A DNA stretch of 63,695 bases, counting the filler, from Octopus bimaculoides (Eukaryota), in assembly GCF_001194135.2 (NCBI RefSeq). It is 8 parts of 6 records of this genome, joined end to end, with 100 filler letters (N's around TTAATTAATTAA, not from the genome) between each part and the next. Parts side by side here need not be neighbours in the genome. Positions count along the whole stretch, not along the records: positions 6,835 to 30,617 come from NC_068997.1; 7 more parts are not named here. One strand, 5' to 3'. The notes below the pieces were generated by a model, which was not told where the DNA came from, searched no databases, and saw nothing but the letters and a program-made list of their open reading frames with translations. Below, piece by piece: positions 10,961 to 23,818 of this stretch. Every line of letters starts with the position of its first letter. The stretch's first letter is position 1. The position numbers were made by a program, and so were the translations under genes.

Positions 10961-12539
10961 GAGCAAAAAAAAAAGCAACCGACAAAGTCTTTTTATTTTT
11001 TGTGATTAAAAAGTAAAATTTTCGTCCATGCAAATGCTTTAAAATTTAATTTTAAATATTGAAATTTATATAAAATTCCTGCTCTACTTTCCCTGTCTTT
11101 GCAACAAGAAGCTTCGCAGATTAGAATATTATCATTCTCGGAAAAGAGAAACCAAAGTTTGAAACGAAAATCAAAACCAAAGTGGGCAGCAATCAACATT
11201 ATTTTGAATCCAAATATTATGAACAGTGTGAGTAAATTGATAGCATGTCCCATTCTGAACAATTTTGTTGTTTCCCATATCTGTTATTTTGTCAGAACAC
11301 ATGAACAACTACTGGCTACTGCAATTTGCACTATTTGATTGCAGCTTTGACAAAACACAAACATCTCAGAACCATCAGAATTCCGTAATTGCTCTGAACA
11401 CCTTTGGCCAACACTGAATTGATGCAGCAATCGATCAGTGGAAACCAGCTTCGATTCAGTTGCAAAATAGATCAGTCGAGAAAAATCCTGATATATTGAA
11501 AAGGTTAATTCATTGTACTGAAATTTTGGCTTGTCAAGAATTATCATTCGGAAGACACGATGAACCAGAAGAATCAAACAGTAAGGGTAATTTTCTGGAT
11601 ATATGTGAAGCAGTAGCGGAATACAATAACTGTTTAAGATTGCATTTAGATTTAGTGAAGAAAAATGCTAACTACACATTTTCTAGAATTTCAAGTGATT
11701 TTCAAACGTAAATCGTTCAACTGAATAGCTGCTACAAGTGAAGGTGAAATTAAGGTTATGATAAAAAAAAAAACAGCATTTATTGCTCTTATATTTTTAA
11801 TGAGAATACAGACCTTCGAATTAAATCTCAATTGATACGCGGTTTGCGATTTGTTGATAAGAAGGAAAAACCTCAAGAAGGGTTTTGGGGAAAAACAGAA
11901 AAGCTGTATCACAGACAGAAATTCGAAAGTTTATTAATCAATTTAAATGTGGCCATAAATTCATCACACAAACTTATGATGGAGCGAGTATGATGGCTGA
12001 GCATTTGAAAAGAGTGCAAACAAGAATAAAGGAGATTTTGGTGCGAATGTCGTATTTGTATATTGTTATTCACATTTACTTAATTTGGTTTCGTCTCAAT
12101 CAACTTCAAGTATTCGTGAATGTCCAATTTTCTTCCAAACTTTAAAATGAATTTCAACTTTTTCTCATTGTCGACGGCTTGAAAAGCCCTACTTGATGAA
12201 ATCGTTGGAAGGTGATTTCCAATTTTACCCGAGACCCATTGGAAGTATTCATCTCGACATGTGTCCATTTTCAACCGAGTACTTCAGAAGTAGCACAGTC
12301 AAGGGGATTCATTGCAATTCTAGATTTTCAGTTTAAATTTTTTTGTGGCTTTTGAAACCATATAGAGTGGCTCGGAGATTCTGTTTTTGATTCTTCAAAA
12401 CAGTTCGCTTGATATTTTGAGGTGTATTCGTAAGTTTGAGAACTTCAAAAACAATCGGTTGATATTGTCACGTCAGGTGTAATTGTATTAACTGTAGTGA
12501 AAGATTAGGCTGGCTTTGTATATTGCAGACAGAACCCAA

Positions 12540-13080
12540 ACTCTTGAATATTTAACATCAGATTTATTTAAGGGAAGGCTGAAAATGAATACGTACTTAA
12601 ATTACCAATTCCTCACTGATAGAGAGACTAGGATATAGGGATCGACTTAACTGTGACTGCTCGGTCATTAGTTATCTTCAAAAAGCGAGACCGCCGAATT
12701 TTATTGAAGCTTTGTCCTTGGTTTGCTTGGAGAGTTCAATTCGTTTCTTTTCGGCAAATCTATTGATTATTTTGGTATAAAATGTATCAGCACTACGCTC
12801 TATCTTCATCTTCGTCACAAGGTGAAGAAGATGATAGAGCGTAGTGCTGATACATTCTTCTTCATCTTCTTCATCTTCTTCATGGAAACGAAGACCAAAT
12901 TACCCAATCTCTCTTCACTTTGAGAACACCCCATATCTTTATTTGCGCACTTTAATGAAGAAAGCGATTTATCGCGGGAGAAATTGTGTTTTCTTCGAAA
13001 GCTATGAAAGCTCTGGTTGATTTCTAGCTTAACTGGAGAAGTAAGTGTTAATCTCAAGGACACTTGAGATGATATTCTAA
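12540..13080 (-). mobile_element. Inverted 3' fragment of a related hAT nested inside the hAT relic
   Basis: About 12740-12975 is the reverse complement of about 13635-13835 with substitutions. The flanks differ from the host element. Confidence 0.75.
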
Positions 13081-13844
13081 CTGCTTGTCTGATCTCCTAC
13101 AAACCGATTAGTCGAAAAAAATGATGTTCACATTAAGCTTGACTGCCCCAATTGTGGTTCACTCATGATAGTGAACAGATAATTTGGTGAAAAGGGTCTA
13201 AATCTTAAGGTTCACTACAACATCAAGAAAAACGCGTTTGAAGAATTTTATTGCCGGATTCTGGATGGTGTCGCTGAAATTTGTTTAACATTTTTCATGA
13301 AGTTATTGTTTACGTTGAGCAAAGATTTAAAACCCTAAATTTTTAAATCCTTGAGTTCAGATTTTTTGAATTGTTGAATCCGAAGCTTTTTCACGCTTAC
13401 AAAAAAAAAAAATTCGATGGAAGCGTTTTCATCTTTGGATGTCTGTAAAAACATATTGAATTTAGATGGATTTAAGTGCGAGTTGAAATCAATTTATGCT
13501 ACAGATTTTGCGAAGCAAGTGTCAAACATCCTAGAAGTCGCTGACATAATACAGGAGCTAGAACTAAATCAAGCTCTGGCCGAATTAGCAAAATTACTAC
13601 ATCTCATTCTGACAGTACCTGCCACATCTGCTTCCTGTGAGAAATCGCTTTCTTCATTAAAGCGAGTAAATAAAGATATGAGGTATTTCTCAAAGAGAAG
13701 AGAGATTGGGTAATTTGGTCTTCATTTCCATGAATAAAGACTTTTTGAAGAAGAAGGTAGAACGTAGTGCTGATACATTTTATAACGAAGTAATCGATGA
13801 ATTTGCTAAAAAGAAACGAATTGAGCTAATTTACAAATACATTT

Positions 13845-13923
13845 TTAAATAGCTCATTAGTTAAATAGCTCATTAGTTAAATAGCTCATTAGTTAAATAG
13901 CTCATTAGTTAAATAGCTCATTA
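13845..13923. repeat. 16-bp minisatellite (TTAAATAGCTCATTAG) x5
   Basis: Direct reading, just after the hAT coding end. Confidence 0.95.
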
Positions 13924-14280
13924 TTTTCTCAGATTTCTCTTCGGCGCCACGATAGTGCTAATGAGGAACATCAAGTCCAGTGGAGTGGGACGTCAGCCCG
14001 AAGTGTGGCTTGTTGGTAGAAGCGCATTTTCTTAAACTAAAATTAGTTCATATCACACTCAAGATGCTTTTGGTGAGGGGGAGAGTAATGGCTCAACTAC
14101 CTCACTCTCTGCCTTAGCGACTGCCCTGCATCATGGACTTCATGTGCTACTTTCCAAATGACCCTTCGACACTAGTCTGTATGCATGTATGCATGTATGC
14201 ATGCATGTATGTATGTATGTATGTATGTATGTATGTATGTATGTATTTGTATGTATGTTTATGGGTGGATAGGAATGTAC

Positions 14281-14331
<51 letters not shown>

Positions 14332-16304
14332 ACTAAATACATGTACAGTTATATATATATGCATATGTATATGTATGTACACACACACACGCACAAACAT
14401 ATATATATATATATATATATGTTAATTCTCTAAATGAAGTATTAACAGTAACTGCACGATAAAGTGTAGTATATTGCCACTTAAGTGTGGCTGACCCCTA
14501 GGGGTGGATGTTACTGTTGCTTTTAGNNNNNNNNNNNNNNNNNNNNNNNNNNNNNNNNNNNNNNNNNNNNNNNNNNNNNNNNNNNNNNNNNNNNNNNNNN
14601 NNNNNNNNNNNNNNNNNNNNNNNNNNNNNNNNNNNNNNNNNNNNNNNNNNNNNNNNNNNNNNNNNNNNNNNNNNNNNNNNNNNNNNNNNNNNNNNNNNNN
14701 NNNAGGGTTATGACTTTTTGTAAGCAAAAGTCGATGACCAATTTCATATAATTTGGGAAAATTACCTTTATTTTAAGCTTTTAAAAAAAACCTCTCCCCC
14801 ACCCCAAGGATTTAAGCAGCGGAAATATTAAAGTGTGAATCTAGTGCCATCTAGTGATTATAGTTTTAAAAGCCCATAACTCCGAAACTACTTCAAATAG
14901 AAATCCGAAATTTCAGATATATTATTTCTGTATTGCATTAAGTCAGCACACTAAGTTTGTTATGAACACCACTAGAATTTTGCATGATCTGGGTCAAAAG
15001 TGGTGATCGATTTCTTAAGTTAGGGGTGACATTGTTTTCAAGTAAAGCAAAATGAATGTTAGTTTTCTAACTGCTATAAAATTATTCATCGAATTAGAGA
15101 ATAGTGTTACTAGGTTGTGAAAGGGAATAACCCTAATATAGACATTTTATCCTGTTGAAAGGATATTGTCTAGTTATTCAGAGATTGGTGTAAAGGACGC
15201 GAACTAAGTGCCATTAGTCATTTTCGCACGCGAAGGAGTAAGTGAGAGTGGAAGGTTGACCTTGACCTAGCACTCTGAAAAAGGGTGAAGCTGTTGGAGG
15301 GGGAGGAGTGTCCATGTTTTGAAATTTTCTGTAGACCCCGGATGCACAGGGACAAAGAACAAATACTTTCCAGAAATGACGCAAAATATCGGTTCTTTTG
15401 CAACAAAAAACAAAAAATCGGGCGTTCCTTGAAACAGCTTTCTTGGGTGTAACTCTGCAAAAATGCGAAAAGGTGATGTTTCACAGTATTTCGTAGATGT
15501 GTCGCAAGTTAAATAAAGAATACCATTGTTGAATCATCTGTACTGTTCATGTGAGATTTGGGAAGAATTCGGTCAAAAATGAGGAATTTAAGGGCAAAAA
15601 ACCGGTTTTCTACTGTTTTTTTCGCAATTGTTGGTCATACGCGAATGAATTCTGTGTATATCGGAGTCTCCTAACGTCATCCTTAGGATAAGTAAATAGT
15701 GTGTAAAGTTTGAACGCAATCCACCGAAGCAGTGAGAAGTCTTTGAAGTTTCAACGGGAACAAANNNNNNNNNNNNNNNNNNNNNNNNNNNNNNNNNNNN
15801 NNNNNNNNNNNNNNNNNNNNNNNNNNNNNNNNNNNNNNNNNNNNNNNNNNNNNNNNNNNNNNNNNNNNNNNNNNNNNNNNNNNNNNNNNNNNNNNNNNNN
15901 NNNNNNNNNNNNNNNNNNNNNNNNNNNNNNNNNNNNNNNNNNNNNNNNNNNNNNNNNNNNNNNNNNNNNNNNNNNNNNNNNNNNNNNNNNNNNNNNNNNN
16001 NNNNNNNNNNNNNNNNNNNNNNNNNNNNNNNNNNNNNNNNNNNNNNNNNNNNNNNNNNNNNNNNNNNNNNNNNNNNNNNNNNNNNNNNNNNNNNNNNNNN
16101 NNNNNNNNNNNNNNNNNNNNNNNNNNNNNNNNNNNNNNNNNNNNNNNNNNNNNNNNNNNNNNNNNNNNNNNNNNNNNNNNNNNNNNNNNNNNNNNNNNNN
16201 NNNNNNNNNNNNNNNNNNNNNNNNNNNNNNNNNNNNNNNNNNNNNNNNNNNNNNNNNNNNNNNNNNNNNNNNNNNNNNNNNNNNNNNNNNNNNNNNNNNN
16301 TATA

Positions 16305-16731
16305 TATATTGTTGTGTCTGGGGAGAGCCATTCTCTTTCAGTGCCTTATTATTTAACATAGTTTATATTTATATACAGGTAGAATAGTTAGTGGGCTGTT
16401 ATGTAGATGTGTGTGTGTATGTGTGTTTGTGTGTGTGTGTGTACGTATATGTATATGCACATGCATATAGGCAAATGGATATGAATGTAAACATATAGAC
16501 ACACAGACGGATAGGTACATAGGTAATATGAACAGACAAGCACACATACGCACAAAAATACGCAAATGAAGACTGAAACACATGACCATATACACACACA
16601 CTTCACTTCACACAAGGACACATATGGAGACACACATCTAGCATATGGAGACACACATTTATACATGCAGACACAGTACCCATACACACAAAAACCCATA
16701 CACACAAAAACCCATACACACAAAAACCCGT

Positions 16732-16817
<86 letters not shown>

Positions 16818-16847
16818 AGACATGCACACACAGAAAAACAGATGCAC

Positions 16848-16882
<35 letters not shown>

Positions 16883-17310
16883 CATGCAAACAAACACAAA
16901 CACATCAATATGCAGAATACATACGTACAAACATGCACACAAACATATATACAGACGCACACACACATATATATGCATACACACCCACACATACATACAT
17001 ACATACATACATACATACATACATGCATACATACATACATACATACATACATACATACATACATACATACATACATACATACATACGTACGTACGTACGT
17101 ACATATATATGTATGCGCACACACACTGACCCACATACATGCGCACAAACAAACAAGAAAAAATGCGGCTCGGATAACGGACAGAGTCAACGACTATAGA
17201 AAAAGTTGCGAGACGCAATGAAAATTTTAGTAAAATATATAAGTACCGGTGAATGTGGTAAATGATAAGGCACTCAAAGAGAATGACTCTCCCCAGACAC
17301 AACAGTATAT
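16305..17310. repeat. About 55-bp inverted repeat pair bracketing a compound microsatellite
   Basis: 16305-16359 is the near reverse complement of 17253-17310 (GATAAGGCACTCAAAGAGAATGACTCTCCCCAGACACAAC). Confidence 0.75.
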
Positions 17311-18599
17311 GCTTCAACACACGAATTCACATAAAGAATCTTGCAATCCAAATCCNNNNNNNNNNNNNNNNNNNNNNNNNNNNNNNNNNNNNNNNNNNNN
17401 NNNNNNNNNNNNNNNNNNNNNNNNNNNNNNNNNNNNNNNNNNNNNNNNNNNNNNNNNNNNNNNNNNNNNNNNNNNNNNNNNNNNNNNNNNNNNNNNNNNN
17501 NNNNNNNNNNNNNNNNNNNNNNNNNNNNNNNNNNNNNNNNNNNNNNNNNNNNNNNNNNNNNNNNNNNNNNNNNNNNNNNNNNNNNNNNNNNNNNNNNNNN
17601 NNNNNNNNNNNNNNNNNNNNNNNNNNNNNNNNNNNNNNNNNNNNNNNNNNNNNNNNNNNNNNNNNNNNNNNNNNNNNNNNNNNNNNNNNNNNNNNNNNNN
17701 NNNNNNNNNNNNNNNNNNNNNNNNNNNNNNNNNNNNNNNNNNNNNNNNNNNNNNNNNNNNNNNNNNNNNNNNNNNNNNNNNNNNNNNNNNNNNNNNNNNN
17801 NNNNNNNNNNNNNNNNNNNNNNNNNNNNNNNNNNNNNNNNNNNNNNNNNNNNNNNNNNNNNNNNNNNNNNNNNNNNNNNNNNNNNNNNNNNNNNNNNNNN
17901 NNNNNNNNNNNNNNNNNNNNNNNNNNNNNNNNNNNNNNNNNNNNNNNNNNNNNNNNNNNNNNNNNNNNNNNNNNNNNNNNNNNNNNNNNNNNNNNNNNNN
18001 NNNNNNNNNNNNNNNNNNNNNNNNNNNNNNNNNNNNNNNNNNNNNNNNNNNNNNNNNNNNNNNNNNNNNNNNNNNNNNNNNNNNNNNNNNNNNNNNNNNN
18101 NNNNNNNNNNNNNNNNNNNNNNNNNNNNNNNNNNNNNNNNNNNNNNNNNNNNNNNNNNNNNNNNNNNNNNNNNNNNNNNNNNNNNNNNNNNNNNNNNNNN
18201 NNNNNNNNNNNNNNNNNNNNNNNNNNNNNNNNNNNNNNNNNNNNNATATATATATATATACATACACAAGGGTTAAAGAATTGAGTAGATAAGACCCGGA
18301 TTATATATGTTTCATAGCGAGCAGAACGTCGGAAGTGGTAAATATCCCAGCGAGGTGTATACCGCAGGCTACACTTCAGACCAAGGACGTGAAACATAAG
18401 ATGTTTTGCAAACAACTTGCACATACAAGTGCTACCAGTTGAGAACTCCGCATACCGGAAGCCAGCAAGTGTATGGGGTCGTCAGGAGAGAATGCGCGCT
18501 ATTTCGGGCTTACCTCTCGACGGCATCTACTCATTTCTTTTACTGTTGTATTCATATTCGCATACGCGGTAACCCTGGTCACCTACTGTGAAATATAAA

Positions 18600-21245
18600 A
18601 GGAACTTTTTTCAGTTTATCGGACTTCGATAAGAAAAAAAATCCACAACCTTTCCATCAGAACTAGAGAATAAAATAATTACAATGCTTACTGCTATTAT
18701 TGTAGCAGAATGAACTTAGGGAGAAAATACTTAAAGCCTACTGTAATTTAGAATGGCAGAAGAAATAACAACAGGGGTCAAGAAAGAGTAGTGGTAATAT
18801 AGCTATATTCATATTTATCCTTATCGCAATCAAAAGATCCAATGCAGCAAGTATTCTACATCCCCTAAGAATTAAAAACCATTGAAAATTGACAGTTAAG
18901 TTCTTGCTACTGGTGATAAATTAATTAATGTCAGATTCTCTTCCCTATCCTTATTTTACTGTGGCTATAAATTCGCCATGTCTACATAAAAGAATATGGC
19001 TCAGAAGATGCTAGCAAGATAATGGTATATAGGTGATAACCAGAAAGAGGAAGGGCAGGGGTGACTTAAACTATATTATGATTATGAATTAAAAGGGGCC
19101 TAAAATAGAAAACAAAGGAGGGTCACACTGAGATCTAAGTGGATATTAAGCCTACTGGGGGGGAAAGTATATCCAAATTTAGCAAAATTTATATATTATT
19201 ATATTTTGTATATTAAATGATAAAATTTAGAAAAGGATTTAAGGACCATGTAAGAGAAGAAGGATAGATAAAACAATTTAAGCCCTAAAAAACTGGGGTA
19301 CTTTTATATAAAATAGAAACCTCATAATACTTCAACCTAGCATACTGCTAAAGTGGTCATGATAAAACTATTCAACAATGAATCCATAAATAAATTTAGA
19401 TTTCATCCCAGAAGGAGTACACCATTTCTATTGACTGAAAATCAAAGATTAAGTGCTAAAGAAAAAAAGATAAGCAATTCTATAACAGATAGACTTATTT
19501 AAAGGAACCTTGGAAAAATATTATATAAGAATTTCTACCATTATGAAAAAATCATAAAGGGTGTAAGAAGGTATAAATATATCACATTTATATATACATA
19601 AAAATATCCATCATTTATTCCCTAAAATATATTTATTTATATAAGGGCATTACTATACATGAGTGCTCACGCTAAGAGGGATCTAAGGTCAAACTACCAT
19701 AATAAACACATTTTTACCGAACGCGGGGAAATGCAACTCTCAAACCTAGCCCCCTAAAACAGACTAAACTATAGATCATGATTTCGTAATTATTGCAGTA
19801 ATACGCACCTTTTACTCATCAGTATAGTATGGTCAAGACATAAAAATAAACAAAAAAAATCAACATACCAGACGAACACCTCATGTATTCAGCATAGTAC
19901 ATAGAAGATTGTTTATCCCTATATATCTATGTAAGAGGTGGGATTTTTCGAATTGCATCTTGGTATATGTGTTTTCTTTTTGGGTTTTTTTTTTTGTTTT
20001 TGTTGTTGTTGTTTTTTTTTTCAGAATAAAATTCAGCACTGAATATATTCTAGTTATATATTTAATTCAATAATAGGATAAAGTCTTTTATAAGAATTTA
20101 TCAAGAAGCTAGTGTATATATATTATAATTATGAAATGTAAATACAAATAAATAAATATAAATACCATATTGCATTATAATATACCATGAGTATCTATAG
20201 AGAGAAGTTACAAACCCCTTCACAATCCATGGAAGTTACACCAGTACATACGGGGGTAAACAGGTATACAAAATACAAAATGTATTAATATAATATAATA
20301 TAAAACAAAAGATAAAATAAAATAAAAAAGAATAAAAGGAAGAAATACTTATATAGAATTTCAATAAAGGATTTATAAAATGAAAAAATAGACATAAAGA
20401 TAAAAATTTTACATTATGAAAACCATAAAATGCATGCTGGATATAAAAAGGGGTAAAAGATAAAAAAAATAAGGATAAGTCGAGGTATTCTTAACGAAAA
20501 CAAATTAAAAACTAAAGTAAGATAAGGATACCACTGGATATGGTTTTACACAATATTTATAAGATGTAATATTACAGGCACTGATGTGTGTAGAATAATA
20601 TAGTTCTTAGGGGGTATAGAATATACTTAGGGGAGGCGTAAGATCTGTTGATTCATTGTAAATATACTTATTATGACTGATAGGGAAGAAAGTCTTAGAA
20701 CTGAAGGAAAAAAACAGTGCGGTCTACATATAGGATAAATGCAGAAAAAACTGGTAGAGGTTATAAGAGGGCAATATTATATATAATTCCCTACATTAGA
20801 GAGTATGTTATGAAAGATATGACACCCCAGATAATTTCTAACACAAAATCATAGTACGATAAGTATAATATTATTTGTTTCTAAAATATTAAATGTACGG
20901 GTGATGCTATACACACAGGATACTCTTAGGGTCTAATCTATCACTAATTAGGTTATTCTTATCTCTATACTTAAAAATTTCATAAATTTCCATAGAACAT
21001 GATTCGCATCCATATTTGCTATCTTTGTATGGCTGAGCTCTCCGTACTATAACACATTCCTTAAGTTCCTAGATTTTATTAGATGAAGATGTACTATTAT
21101 GGCTATTAACATGCTTCTTCATATTTATTGAGTACCCAATATAAGCAAAGTTACTAGTTTCAGTCAAACCTGTACATTTGTAAACAACACTTTGAGCTAA
21201 TAACTTGCATTGGGACTTTACCCTACAATTGTAGCTGGGGATATT
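18600..21245 (-). mobile_element. Penelope-like relic: GIY-YIG fragment plus long 3' region
   Basis: Minus translation of 20970-21245: YNCRVKSQCKLLAQSVVYKCT..AYIGYSINMKKH..ELKE..IVRRAQPY..CESCSMEIYEI (not in the ORF track). Same-strand HHR at 19768. Low-coordinate boundary approximate. Confidence 0.8.
19768..19828 (-). ncRNA. Type I hammerhead ribozyme, intact core
   Basis: ACTATA-CTGATGA-GTAA(22 nt)TTAC-GAA-ATCATGAT-C-TATAGT: 6-bp stem I, 4-bp stem II, palindromic stem III, AUC triplet. Predicted cleavage between 19774 and 19773. Confidence 0.88.
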
Positions 21246-21250
21246 ATTGC

Positions 21251-21312
<62 letters not shown>

Positions 21313-21315
<3 letters not shown>

Positions 21316-22950
21316 GTGGGACCCGTGGAATTTCCACGAACTGATTAATAGAATGTTGAGTAAATAATAAACTGTTTCTGCATATATGTATGTATAAAAA
21401 TAACGCATTGAAGAAAGGAGTAACTGAAATCTCTACATATATAATAGATTGAAATACTTAGGCAGCAAATACTAAAGTTGCATATATTTTTACATTTCTG
21501 TTTACAAATACATAAAGTTTAGCTAATAATTCCATCCCTTTTTAACATACAATACTCAGAGGCTTGGAAAATAGTCAACACATAGAGACTCTTGAGAGTG
21601 TCCACCATGCATGCAACGATTGCCAGTGCCAATCAGTCCGTGGGCTGGACTCTCCTCTTCCAACATAGAGCCATGCCAGTTTCCTCCGATATGAATACAG
21701 AAAACAGTAGACCTACATATGTACAAAACTATATAATACATGCCACATATAGTTTCCTCTTTTGAAAAATATTCATTCATAATTTCTGAAAACACTCCCA
21801 TCCTACAAGTCAGTGGCTCTCGGCAGACAATCTTCTTAAAAACAGTTCGCCTTCTTCTCCTTCCTTGTTTGTCTGTTTCCATCACCTAAACTCTTACATC
21901 TGAGAGTTTGCGAACTCTAGAGTACGCCACATACAACTGCTCTTGACTGAACACTGGCTGAGGTAAGAACAATCCCACCTTCTCAAATGTCTGTCCCTGT
22001 GACTTGTTAATAGTCATGGCATATGACAAGCGGGCAGGAAACTGGGTTCTCTCAAATTTTATGTGTTGACAGCTCTCTGGTGAGTGATATCTTCAATAAT
22101 ACATCTGAGGAAGAGAGAAGAAGCAGAGCTATTCTTTCGCCAAAGAACTGAGATTACTTCCTGATCAATGAAGAAGTTTTGAAACAACTTCCGGGTGACT
22201 GCTGCACCTTTATTCTGGGGGTGAGGACACGTCTGCCAATTAGTGAGCTGCTAATCAAGGAAGCTTCGATTGAATGTTGATGCATGGCCACCATTTCCAG
22301 TCTTGTACCATTGCAGAGTCCATTCCGGATAGAAATGTTACGAAGAAGCATTACTATTGAGCTGGATTTTAAACTCAATTCATGAGGAGGCATTCCTAAT
22401 GAAGAGGCATTCCTAATGAGGAGGCATTCCTGATGGCATCCTTATAATAGGTGCGGCAGTCAGCCGGAAGTTGTCTCAAAACTTCTTCATTGATCAGGAG
22501 GCAATCTGAGTTCTTTGGTGAAAGAATTACTCTGCTTCTTCTCTCTTCCTCAGATGTATTATTGAATATATCACTCACCAGAGAGCTGTCAACGCATGAA
22601 ACTTGAGGCACTTCTATGTCATCAATAGAAAGATTTGAATCTTGTAGCGCTGCTTATGTTCCATTGCCAAGGTGTAAGAGCCATGCTGAAAATTCCCTTT
22701 GATCTGCTGTTGTCCTGATTTTTTTGGCTTAATCTATATAGGTTGAAATTCAGCCATAGAGGAAACCCACAGTAGCAGAACCAAAAACGGCCATCCGAGA
22801 AAATATCCAGCCTAACTCCCTTTCCCTCCATCTTTCAAACACAAAAACATCAATACATACAAAACTATGCCCCCACCGTCACCAGCATCTGATTTTCCTG
22901 CCGAGAAAACATCATCATGCCAGGAGGCGGGACAACCATTTAAGTAGAAA
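21313..22950 (-). mobile_element. Helitron 3' portion (PIF1-like helicase relic and terminal hairpin)
   Basis: [86 protein letters not shown]. 3' hairpin CGTGGAA-N-TTCCACG (21324-21338) followed by CTAA-T at 21316-21312. Confidence 0.92.
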
Positions 22951-23589
22951 ATACACAGCACAAAAACTTGAACGAAGCCCACAATCACTACGGCATAATC
23001 GAAATCACTTTTATCAAATTCTGGTTGCGATAACTTCAGATGAAGTATAGATTCTCATTCCTCGGTGTTGTTGTGGTGTGGAATCTTCTGTTTGAAATAT
23101 TACTTCGACCATGCTATATTTTGACTTCGTATGATGTTGGTCTTGTATTGTCACACAGATTGTATTTGCACCTTGCTTGCACTTTTCACCCAACGCAATT
23201 TTCTTCTCTTGGAGCGATATATAACCGTGCGTATCCATGACTGTGTATGAATATTTTTATTATCTTTTGTGAATAGTTTGTCAGTAAGTCTACTTTTATT
23301 TTTACTAATTTCCATATATCTGTAAGACGAATCTGTATAGTATATCATCAAATGTCTATAATTTGATCCTCATTACATTCTCATTCCAATTCTTACCGAA
23401 CTCTTCTTCACATTTGTTTCTTCAAACAGTAATTATGTAGTGGATACAGTTACATTCATTCTCCTTTTATAAATTTGTGGCTTCATATCACTATAAGAAG
23501 AAATTATCGTTGTCACTATTACCGCTGCTTCCTCCCCTTCCTTCACTTCCTTTCCCTTCACCTCCTCTTCCTCTTTCTTCCTGCTTCCA

Positions 23590-23705
23590 GGTTCAATCCT
23601 ATTGCTTGACGCCGTGGGCAAATGCCTTCTAAAATAGCCCTGAGCTGACCAAAGCCTTGTCGGTGGATTTGGTAGATAGAAACTGAAAGTAGTCTCTCTC
23701 TTCTC
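23590..23705 (+). mobile_element. SINE family D/F, 5' body fragment
   Basis: GGGCAAATGCCTTCT..GACCAAAGCCTTGT..TGGATTTGGTAGATAGAAACTGAAAG, shared with 30465, 42710 and 60208. Confidence 0.75.
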
Positions 23706-23818
23706 TCCAACATGCGACCACAGTCTCAGAACAGGTTCACTAACTTGGACCCTCACCGCTAGTCACCCATCTATTCACAAATTTATTGCTTGGGCAGTAA
23801 TTCCCTCCCCTCTCTCAC

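Larger units (their letters stand above)
11100..14128 (+). mobile_element. hAT-superfamily transposon relic (TTF-type zinc finger, DUF4371-like region, hATC dimerisation domain)
   Basis: Fragments LIACPILNN.CCFPYLLF, QELSFGRHDE..SNSKGNF, QTYDGASMM, LILTVPATSASCEKSLSSLKR. Right end ...CCTTAGCGACTGCCCTG (CAG-type terminus). Left TIR not found. Confidence 0.88.

Noticed and set aside
17249-18424. 300-430 aa ORFs containing X runs (also 15588, 28857, 32597, 55075)
   Set aside because: Open only because they cross N-gaps.
22960-23420. Possible LINE endonuclease relic on - (LTDIWKL..HGYARLYI)
   Set aside because: Motif match too weak, with multiple stops; left unannotated.
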